Source: a virus
Strand: one strand, 5' to 3'
Virus record (IMG/VR): IMGVR_UViG_3300028182_000001
Span: 94,404 to 158,403 of that record
Length of the DNA stretch: 64,000 nt
Each line of letters starts with the position of its first letter. Position 1 is the first letter of the stretch. The position numbers and the translations under genes were made by a program. This document shows, piece by piece, positions 57,150 to 64,000 of this stretch. Below the pieces are notes generated by a model. That model saw nothing but the letters and a program-made list of their open reading frames with translations, did no database searches and was not told where the DNA came from.

Positions 57150-57584
57150 ATGGCAAAAGATATCGTGAGTGTAAATGATGAGAAGGTATTAGCATTAAAA
57201 AAATTAGTAGACGAGAAGAAAGAGAAGTTAGCAAGTAGAAAATCATTACGTCAAAAATCGCTAACAACTTGCACGCTTGATTTAGATGGTACACGTCATA
57301 ACTTCAATGTACTGAACACGAAGCAGTTAAACGGTATTCTAGTACGTTTACACGCATTAGTATTAGCGGCCGAGGACTTAGATGTTGAAATTGATGTAGT
57401 AGAATTAAGTGGTTTCCCTCTATCTCATTGGATTACAGACTTAAAAGGTAAGATTAACGAAATGTCTATCCGTGAGGAAGAAGCAGAATTACGTAAAGCA
57501 GAAGCGGCCCTAGACAAGTTGCTATCTAAAGACAAGAAAGTAGAACTAGAGCTAGATTCTTTAGCAGCGTTCTTAAAAGGTTGA
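57150..57584 (+). CDS. Coiled-coil hypothetical protein
   Basis: ORF with RBS. Confidence 0.8.
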   Translation: MAKDIVSVNDEKVLALKKLVDEKKEKLASRKSLRQKSLTTCTLDLDGTRHNFNVLNTKQLNGILVRLHALVLAAEDLDVEIDVVELSGFPLSHWITDLKGKINEMSIREEEAELRKAEAALDKLLSKDKKVELELDSLAAFLKG

Positions 57585-57593
57585 TATGTGTAA

Positions 57594-57627
57594 AATACAG
57601 GGTGTAAAAACTCTGTATTTTTTTTTT
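57594..57627 (+). terminator. Rho-independent terminator
   Basis: AATACAGGGT-loop-ACTCTGTATT followed by a T run. Confidence 0.85.
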
Positions 57628-57637
57628 AAATTTGTTG

Positions 57638-57667
57638 TTGACGATTGGACAACCTCTATGTTATTCT
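57638..57667 (+). promoter_or_regulatory. sigmaA-type promoter
   Basis: TTGACG-N18-TATTCT. Confidence 0.75.
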
Positions 57668-57698
57668 AAGTGTACAAGATAACAAGGAGGTGAAACAC

Positions 57699-57872
57699 AT
57701 GAAAAACCTCGGATTGAGGGTCGGTGTATGTGTCATTATAGCAGCCTTAGCAATAGTTGGTGCAGTAGTTGTAGCCGCCAAGTTAGGGGCAGGTACTACA
57801 GTTGTAGTTGCTTTAGCTATCATAGGAGCTTGTAGTTTACTTGACTGGATTTCAGAACGAATGATTGGTTGA
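57699..57872 (+). CDS. Small two-TM membrane protein
   Basis: ATG 57699 after AAGGAGGTG. Confidence 0.75.
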   Translation: MKNLGLRVGVCVIIAALAIVGAVVVAAKLGAGTTVVVALAIIGACSLLDWISERMIG

Positions 57873-57900
57873 TAATTAAATAATAGAAAGGGAGATTAAT

Positions 57901-58293
57901 ATGGGATTCAATTTTAAAAATATTACAATCACAGGAAGAAAAGGTACAGTAAACATCAACGGTAAAACATATGTAGGTAATAGCGTTGTAACAAGAAACG
58001 GAGTAGTAATTGTCGATGGTGTTGTCCAAGAAGGATCAGTAGAGGACAAGCTAGAGATTACGGTACTCTGCAACGTGGACAAGATTGAAAGCGAACAATC
58101 TATCACAGTTATCGGTAACGTAACTGGTGACATCCAGGCAGGTTCTAGTGTAAGTTGCGATGACGTGACAGGAAATGTACAAGCAGGTTCCAGTGTGAGT
58201 TGTGACGACATCGGTGGAGATGCAAGAGCAGGGTCATCTATCAGTTGCGATGGTATTAAAGGAAATGCTTACGCTAACATCATTAGCAGGTAA
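57901..58293 (+). CDS. Beta-solenoid-like repeat protein
   Basis: 15 aa repeats of the form V.G.VQAGSSVSCDD. Confidence 0.7.
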   Translation: MGFNFKNITITGRKGTVNINGKTYVGNSVVTRNGVVIVDGVVQEGSVEDKLEITVLCNVDKIESEQSITVIGNVTGDIQAGSSVSCDDVTGNVQAGSSVSCDDIGGDARAGSSISCDGIKGNAYANIISR

Positions 58294-58326
58294 TGCATAA
58301 AAATACATAACAGGAGGACAAATAAC

Positions 58327-58530
58327 ATGCACTATCTAACACTAATTGAACTATGGGAGAAACTGAATAGTCTAAAGGACAAGCACCCTGACGCAGAGGT
58401 AGTATTAGGGCAACACACCGATCCTCGTACGTACTGGGGTCTAGTTGATATAAAGTACGATCCTATCTTTGATACATTGGATTTACATTCTAGACCAAAG
58501 GAGGAGCAACATGTTAGTCCAACACTATAA
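58327..58530 (+). CDS. Hypothetical protein
   Basis: ORF with RBS. Confidence 0.7.
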   Translation: MHYLTLIELWEKLNSLKDKHPDAEVVLGQHTDPRTYWGLVDIKYDPIFDTLDLHSRPKEEQHVSPTL

Positions 58531-58774
58531 AGGTATCCGTCTTCAACTCATTAATCGGAAGTACGGAGAACGTAAAGCGAAACGATTCACATTAGGAGGT
58601 ACCAATCAGAACGTTTGGATACCGAATAAGCACCTAGAGTCTGATGGGAGATTGAAATACGGTCAGAATATTGATTACGTGTTTAGACAGGCACAGAGAC
58701 AGTTAGAGCTTGCAGGATACACGGAGCCTATCATTGGTATTAAAAGAAAATCATTAGTAGAGGAGAGAGTGTAA
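58511..58774 (+). CDS. Hypothetical protein
   Basis: ATG 58511 after AAGGAGG. Confidence 0.7.
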   Translation: MLVQHYKGIRLQLINRKYGERKAKRFTLGGTNQNVWIPNKHLESDGRLKYGQNIDYVFRQAQRQLELAGYTEPIIGIKRKSLVEERV

Positions 58775-59406
58775 TGGTATTAGGAGGTTTAGCAGTATTC
58801 TCATTGATTGTGGTAGTTATTTTATGTGTGATTTGGGCTAGACATGAGTATAAAAAGCAGGTTCGTATTGGTGAGGAACTTGATAAAGAACGTGCAGAGC
58901 TAGAGAGACAACTATTAGAGGAGGAGCAAGAAAGAGCACGATTAGAACAAGAACGATTAGCAAAAGTAAAGATGGAAACAAATACATACTTACGTGAGCA
59001 AGGGTACAAACCATCTATCAAGATTCAAAAGAAAGAGGAACCTGTGGAGATAGTATATCCGATGTCTCGTGCTCAAGCGGCACCGACTATGAAATCATCA
59101 CCAGCGCCTACGCAAAGACGTACAAGTTCTAGTGTAAGTAGCACACCGAAAGCAAAAGCAACACCTAAAACTACTGCACGATCCACTAGCAGACGTGACG
59201 ATGATGACGACTACAATTACAATAACTCAACAGTTCTAGGAAGTACGTGCGGAAGTAGTAGCTGGGGTTCTTCTTCTTCTAGTAGTGACGATAGTTGGGG
59301 TTCTAGTTCTTCTCGTAGCTCATGTGGAAGCGCTAGCAGTAGTTGGGGTAGTGATTCATCGTCTAGTAGCTCATCAAGTGATAGTGGGTCATCATGGTGC
59401 GATTGA
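58774..59406 (+). CDS. Membrane-anchored protein with Ser/Gly-rich tail
   Basis: TM, coiled coil, then SSSSWG repeats ending WCD. Confidence 0.75.
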   Translation: MVLGGLAVFSLIVVVILCVIWARHEYKKQVRIGEELDKERAELERQLLEEEQERARLEQERLAKVKMETNTYLREQGYKPSIKIQKKEEPVEIVYPMSRAQAAPTMKSSPAPTQRRTSSSVSSTPKAKATPKTTARSTSRRDDDDDYNYNNSTVLGSTCGSSSWGSSSSSSDDSWGSSSSRSSCGSASSSWGSDSSSSSSSSDSGSSWCD

Positions 59407-59424
59407 TAAATGGGAGGGAAAATT

Positions 59425-59727
59425 ATGAACTTAGCTAAAGAACTATTGGAACTAGCAAAAAGTAAACTAGAAACAAACTCTAAGGACTATATAGAAGAAG
59501 TAAGACGTAAAGCTAAAAGGGCAGCCAATGGCTCTCGTGTACAGGTAGAGGTAGAGTTACCTACAAAATCAAGAAGCTTAAAGAGAGAAATTGCTAATGC
59601 GTTATACGAAGACGGTTTCAGCGTAACGACAAAAGACTTCCCAAGTACAGGGAGCTTCTATGTTATTGTCGATTGGAGTCGTGAGGTACCTAAAAAGCCT
59701 GAACATATCGACTACACAGGGTACTAA
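59425..59727 (+). CDS. Hypothetical protein
   Basis: ATG 59425 after GGAGG. Confidence 0.7.
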   Translation: MNLAKELLELAKSKLETNSKDYIEEVRRKAKRAANGSRVQVEVELPTKSRSLKREIANALYEDGFSVTTKDFPSTGSFYVIVDWSREVPKKPEHIDYTGY

Positions 59728-59739
59728 GGAGGGATCGAC

Positions 59740-59913
59740 ATGCAACACCCTTGCGAAGATTTATTACTAGTACTAGCAGAGACCAACGTGTACAATAGGC
59801 AGCTAGAACAACGTAACAAGTATCTAGAAAACAAGTTGAAGAAAGAGAGACGGTGGATTTACTTCTTTATAGTACTAACATGGTTTTGGATGTTAAAATA
59901 CTTTTTATCTTAG
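59740..59913 (+). CDS. 57 aa protein with hydrophobic C-terminus (not in ORF track)
   Basis: MQHPCEDLLLVLAE...; AAGGAGG RBS. Confidence 0.65.
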   Translation: MQHPCEDLLLVLAETNVYNRQLEQRNKYLENKLKKERRWIYFFIVLTWFWMLKYFLS

Positions 59914-59924
59914 GAGGAAACAAA

Positions 59925-60266
59925 ATGACAACACCTTATGTACGTTTAACCGATGTAAAACTATTACTGAAAGATTTGAAACATCCTGATTCTACTATTG
60001 ACCACGCTATAGACTATTTATACGAGAAAGCAAAATTTGCTAATGTTGATGACGGTAGCGATACACATGAACACTACTATGTTGCTAAGTCTATGACACG
60101 TAAGGACAAAATAGACCTATGTTATCAAGTAGCAGTATCAAGAGGTGAAGAAATAGAGTGTCCGTTTGAAGATATGCTAGAGCACAACTTAGAGAAAGCA
60201 TTCTTATACTACTTCAAGATACACTGGGAAAAACAGTATAAGGAGGAGAAAGAGTGGCTATTGTAG
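59925..60266 (+). CDS. Hypothetical protein
   Basis: ATG 59925 after AGGAGG. Confidence 0.7.
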   Translation: MTTPYVRLTDVKLLLKDLKHPDSTIDHAIDYLYEKAKFANVDDGSDTHEHYYVAKSMTRKDKIDLCYQVAVSRGEEIECPFEDMLEHNLEKAFLYYFKIHWEKQYKEEKEWLL

Positions 60267-60757
60267 GTGATTACATGGTAAATGGTAACTGTACAGTCTG
60301 TGGGAAGTATCTACCAAAAGGTACACTATGTTGTGACGAAATAGTACAAAGTAACTATAACAAGTGGTGGGACGAAATGCAAAAGAAGAAAGAGGATCAG
60401 CAACCTGCATTAGTACTTAACGTACGTAAACGTTCTATTGGTACAGGAATCAGAGGGATTAAGGATTTAATGAAAGAAAGCGGTCCGAAGTTCTTCGCAG
60501 ATGTAGTAGCGAAAAATAACAGATTAAGAGAGGAAGAGAAATCAATGAAAAAAGAGTACTACGTGCTACGTATATATAATAGTGAGTGTGGTTTAGTAAA
60601 CGAGCATACAAGTAAAGAGAAATACGAAATTATGAACAAAATCTATTTAGCGATAAGTGACCGTGATTTTGTACTGCAAGACTTAGATATTGTAGAAACG
60701 GGTTTGCCTGATGATGTTATTACTCTATACAAAGTTACAGGGAGGTTCGTTCGATGA
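60254..60757 (+). CDS. Hypothetical protein with Cys cluster; possible internal start at 60545
   Basis: CTVC...CC; RBS. Confidence 0.65.
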   Translation: MAIVGDYMVNGNCTVCGKYLPKGTLCCDEIVQSNYNKWWDEMQKKKEDQQPALVLNVRKRSIGTGIRGIKDLMKESGPKFFADVVAKNNRLREEEKSMKKEYYVLRIYNSECGLVNEHTSKEKYEIMNKIYLAISDRDFVLQDLDIVETGLPDDVITLYKVTGRFVR

Positions 60758-61191
60758 GTACAAGTGATAAAGCAGTAACATGGTTAATGGATCGTGCAGA
60801 TAAGTTAGGTGGGTTTATTGATGAACTAGCAAAGCAATTAGGAGTAGCTGCCACACATGTATATGAAGTATTAGTAAAGCAACAGTTTGTAGATGGTATT
60901 AGTTTACTAGTCAAAGCTGGTGTATGGATTGTAGTACTGACTCTATTATGGACATTGATAAACAAGTTCGTATTCAAGAAGTGGAGTAGCTATTACGATG
61001 ATGACCCATATAGTTTCGATTCACAGTTCTTCCTAAGTATAGTCGTTGTCATTTTTGGAGTAGTTACTATCTTCTTCGGTTTCGCAATTGTAGACTGGTT
61101 AACACTAGGTATCAAGAAACTATTAAACCCTGAGTACTACGCACTAGAGGACATCATGACATTTATCAAAGGGCAGGTGGATAAGAAATGA
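60754..61191 (+). CDS. Membrane protein
   Basis: Two TM segments; NPEYYA motif. Confidence 0.8.
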   Translation: MSTSDKAVTWLMDRADKLGGFIDELAKQLGVAATHVYEVLVKQQFVDGISLLVKAGVWIVVLTLLWTLINKFVFKKWSSYYDDDPYSFDSQFFLSIVVVIFGVVTIFFGFAIVDWLTLGIKKLLNPEYYALEDIMTFIKGQVDKK

Positions 61192-61337
61192 CACAACTAG
61201 AACATTTCATGTACATACGTATTATGTATCAAGAAGCAACCACAAAACCAGCTTCACTAAGTCAACTACATAAAGAAGTAGTGGAGTATTGTGAAAAGTT
61301 TGGCGCTGATTACGGACGAACAGTAATACTATTATAA
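61188..61337 (+). CDS. 49 aa protein (not in ORF track)
   Basis: MTQLEHFMYIRIMY...; ATGA overlap. Confidence 0.6.
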   Translation: MTQLEHFMYIRIMYQEATTKPASLSQLHKEVVEYCEKFGADYGRTVILL

Positions 61338-61351
61338 GAGGAGGAAAACAA

Positions 61352-61525
61352 ATGAAATACTTTCTATTTAAACTAGCAGGTGTACTAACAATCGGTATGG
61401 GAGGATTCATTGTAGGGTACGCTAAAGGAGTATCAATTTATACAGTACTAGGATCAATCTTCTTCTACTTCATTGGACAGTTACTATATGACCAAGCATT
61501 CAAGAATAGAAAGGAAGATTACTAA
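61352..61525 (+). CDS. 57 aa membrane protein (not in ORF track)
   Basis: MKYFLFKLAGVLTIG...; AGGAGG RBS. Confidence 0.7.
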   Translation: MKYFLFKLAGVLTIGMGGFIVGYAKGVSIYTVLGSIFFYFIGQLLYDQAFKNRKEDY

Positions 61526-61740
61526 TGAATGACTTTCAAGTAATGGCACTATTGGGAGCTATAGTTACGGCTATAGTCTTCCTAATAGTATTAGTAGTAT
61601 ATAACTTTGTATTCATGTTGAAACTGGCCGCAGTCATTACATTTATTGGTATTGTAGTACTTGGTATATACGCAATATTTGCAGGGATCGGATATATTGT
61701 CCACTTACTAATAAACTTATTCAGTAGAAAGGGGAAATAG
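61525..61740 (+). CDS. Small membrane protein
   Basis: Hydrophobic; coupled to upstream gene. Confidence 0.7.
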   Translation: MNDFQVMALLGAIVTAIVFLIVLVVYNFVFMLKLAAVITFIGIVVLGIYAIFAGIGYIVHLLINLFSRKGK

Positions 61741-61743
61741 AAC

Positions 61744-62067
61744 ATGGAAACTACTACAGATAAAAGAAAAGCAGAATGTATCCATTGTAAGGTAGAAGAC
61801 ATGGTACCTAAAGACAAAATTAAAGTAGCAGACGGGAACGACTACTGGGCATGTGAACCCTGTATAAAAGAGAAGAGAGAGATGGCACGCTCCTATAAAA
61901 TGGTATTCATGGATCAGGGAATATTCGGAGCTACCTTATTAGAGGATATCAACCAAGAAGAGTTAAGTAGAATCCTTCATGAGCTATTGACCGTGCATAA
62001 AGGAGTTGTACTCAGTCTAGAGGAAGTAACAGTAAAACGTAAAGAGAAAGCACAGGTATTACACTAA
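61744..62067 (+). CDS. Zinc-finger protein
   Basis: CIHC...CEPC. Confidence 0.7.
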   Translation: METTTDKRKAECIHCKVEDMVPKDKIKVADGNDYWACEPCIKEKREMARSYKMVFMDQGIFGATLLEDINQEELSRILHELLTVHKGVVLSLEEVTVKRKEKAQVLH

Positions 62068-62095
62068 TACATATATAGTATAGGAGGATTACATA

Positions 62096-62482
62096 ATGAC
62101 AGAAGTAGAAAAGAAAGAAGAAGTATTAGAATTAGAACCAATCGTAGGTCACTTAGTAGTAAAAGGGGGATTACATACAGAGTTCCTTAATGCTACAACA
62201 AGCGCAATTAAGAAGTATACCAAGCAAGGATATGAAGTAGAAACACATTACCAAATGGTGACCGATCCAAATAGTGGTGAGTTAACACATTCTGCATATC
62301 TAGTAGGTAAGTTGAAAGAAACGAAACCTGAAGAACCTGAACTAATAACTGTACACATACCGCATGTTAGCCAAGAAGCACTAAGTAAAGTAGAAGAGTG
62401 GGTAGAGAGTTATTGGGGAACAGGACATATGCCAAATGGTATATATAATACGATTATGGATTTAATAGATTCAGCAAAATAA
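62096..62482 (+). CDS. Hypothetical protein
   Basis: ORF with RBS. Confidence 0.75.
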   Translation: MTEVEKKEEVLELEPIVGHLVVKGGLHTEFLNATTSAIKKYTKQGYEVETHYQMVTDPNSGELTHSAYLVGKLKETKPEEPELITVHIPHVSQEALSKVEEWVESYWGTGHMPNGIYNTIMDLIDSAK

Positions 62483-62496
62483 ATTTCAATTAGTAG

Positions 62497-62526
62497 TTGA
62501 CTAACAAGAAACAATCATGGTACTAT
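62497..62526 (+). promoter_or_regulatory. sigmaA-type promoter firing into a non-coding region
   Basis: TTGACT-N18-TACTAT. Confidence 0.7.
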
Positions 62527-63361
62527 AACAGTGAGCTTAATAAGAGAAACAAACAATACTATATGAGTAATAAATATGTATGCTAGACGGATCATAATAT
62601 GAAACATTGTAAGCAACGACAAGCGACATAACAGTAAGAGTGAGAACTTCTGTTAAAGCATATATAGAATGGAAAGTATAGCAATACATAATAAAAACAA
62701 GTATAGTAGAGAGAGAGTTTCAAATAGAGAGCTTACCTGTATAGATGAAATAGGTACAGTAGTAAGAGAGTATAGTATATAGAGCAAAGGTATCTATATA
62801 GTATATAAGGAATGAGGAACATAGATAATAACAAATAAAACGTATAGGAACGAACGAGTTACACCTATATCTATATACACACCCACCCAAAAGTCGATAT
62901 AGATTTGTAATTATACTATAGAGCCTTCATGTTTTCAACCGTATATACTATATAGTAACACACCTAGTGAGGGAATCACATCCATATATACCGAATCGGA
63001 AAATACACGTATTCTTCAAATACCCTGTAGTTAGACATAAGGTTCGTATATCGCTCACACATTCTGACTCCTGTATAGTAATTGATATAGTATAGGCACT
63101 ATAGAGATGTTATATAAGAGAAACCAAACGCAGACCGTACCTACGACTACGGAAAGCACAAAACATTTGATGAGACTCTTAAAAAGACTCGTTCACAGTC
63201 GAACCTGGGGCGTGCAAATAAGGTGCGCTATAGACTAGACTCTCATACCTGCATCTATAATTCTATTAGAGGTTAATAGTTGAAAGGATTGGTAGCTTTC
63301 CCCATAGGCCGCCGATCCTTTTGCTATATTGGTAGTAAGGCGTAGAAAGGTGGAATACATA

Positions 63362-63556
63362 ATGATATCACTAGCGTATACTGTACACTGTGACGAGTGT
63401 GCAACACAGGAGCCGTTAATAGCTCAATTACTAACGGAAGCACGATCTGAAGCAGCCAACATGGGTTGGACCGCAGAGAAGATGAGTACGGGGTCACAAC
63501 AATGGTACTGTCCTAGTTGCTCACTACAAAAGCTACAGGCCGCACAACAACAATAA
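63362..63556 (+). CDS. Zinc-ribbon protein
   Basis: CDEC...W...WYCPSC; AAAGGTGG RBS. Confidence 0.7.
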   Translation: MISLAYTVHCDECATQEPLIAQLLTEARSEAANMGWTAEKMSTGSQQWYCPSCSLQKLQAAQQQ

Positions 63557-63726
63557 GAGCGTTTATAGACTGCTACGGTGTAAGTTAATACAATTGCACT
63601 GGGAGCAGTCTTTCTACGTTAATAGACGGTGTGAGAGCCGTTAAAATGCACGTTAGACGGAGCAGCCTATAATTACTATTATTCCCGATTATTTTAAAAT
63701 ATATTCATTTATTTTATGTATAGTTG

Positions 63727-63755
63727 TTGACTTTAAGGAAACAATCCTGTATTAT
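63727..63755 (+). promoter_or_regulatory. sigmaA-type promoter
   Basis: TTGACT-N17-TATTAT. Confidence 0.8.
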
Positions 63756-63803
63756 ATAAGTAAGAGGTAAATAACACATACTATATAAGAGGAGTGAGTT
63801 AGA

Positions 63804-64000
63804 GTGATTACTACAGTAGAGAAGCCGCAAGTGTTTGACATAGGAGGTATCTATAAGTTAGAGTTAGTGAAGCTAGTATCGGGCTACTGCGGAGAATACA
63901 CAGTGGTTAAGACAGGTGCTACATACTCGTTTGATGGTGCAGGTATGACTCGTAGGAAGATACTACAGAAGTTTTGGGATCGGGCTAAGAAGATTGATCC
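63804..64000 (+). CDS. Hypothetical protein, truncated by window end
   Basis: GTG start after AGGAG; open to the end of the window. Confidence 0.65.
   Translation, partial: MITTVEKPQVFDIGGIYKLELVKLVSGYCGEYTVVKTGATYSFDGAGMTRRKILQKFWDRAKKID

Noticed and set aside
99-61817. Many minus-strand and nested ORFs of 60-140 aa in the ORF track
   Set aside because: They are shadows of well-supported + strand genes, with no RBS or recognisable motifs.
1-64000. tRNA or rRNA genes
   Set aside because: No cloverleaf with a T-loop and acceptor stem was seen in intergenic regions by eye; tRNAscan-SE would settle it.
1-64000. GGATCR as a KOPS/SRS-like directional motif for the phage FtsK
   Set aside because: Both orientations appear at similar frequency throughout, so it gives no polarity.

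Overview
A 64 kb segment of a large, lytic-type Bacillus (likely B. cereus group) myophage with Herelleviridae/Bastillevirinae-like gene order. Nearly all genes are on the + strand. Left part: end of an RNR beta subunit gene, nucleotidyltransferase, HU-like protein, two C5 DNA methyltransferases, family A DNA polymerase, SSB-like protein, Tad1 sponge, RecA, phage sigma factor and holin. Middle and right parts: many small early genes behind repeated sigmaA-type promoters, including Thg1, two HNH endonucleases and an Apyc1-like metallo-beta-lactamase. A probable genome-end region starts near 62.5 kb. Four observations stand out. (1) A 38-47.5 kb module: two sporulation-type sigma factors, ParM-like actin plus ParR-like adaptor, a TTACCC repeat array, pilin/VirB6-like membrane proteins and an FtsK/SpoIIIE translocase, with sigmaK- and sigmaF/G-like rather than sigmaA promoters; a candidate phage-encoded system for segregating or translocating DNA during sporulation. 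(2) Window-wide context bias: GATC occurs almost only as GGATCR/YGATCC, and GGCC only as GCGGCC/GGCCGC, probably the footprint of the two methyltransferases. (3) A GTTGT-N10-ACAAC palindrome across the -35 of about 14 early promoters. (4) A 5' leader with mutually exclusive hairpins and a 10-nt anti-Shine-Dalgarno. All family calls come from motifs recognised by eye; no searches were run, and all counts are manual.
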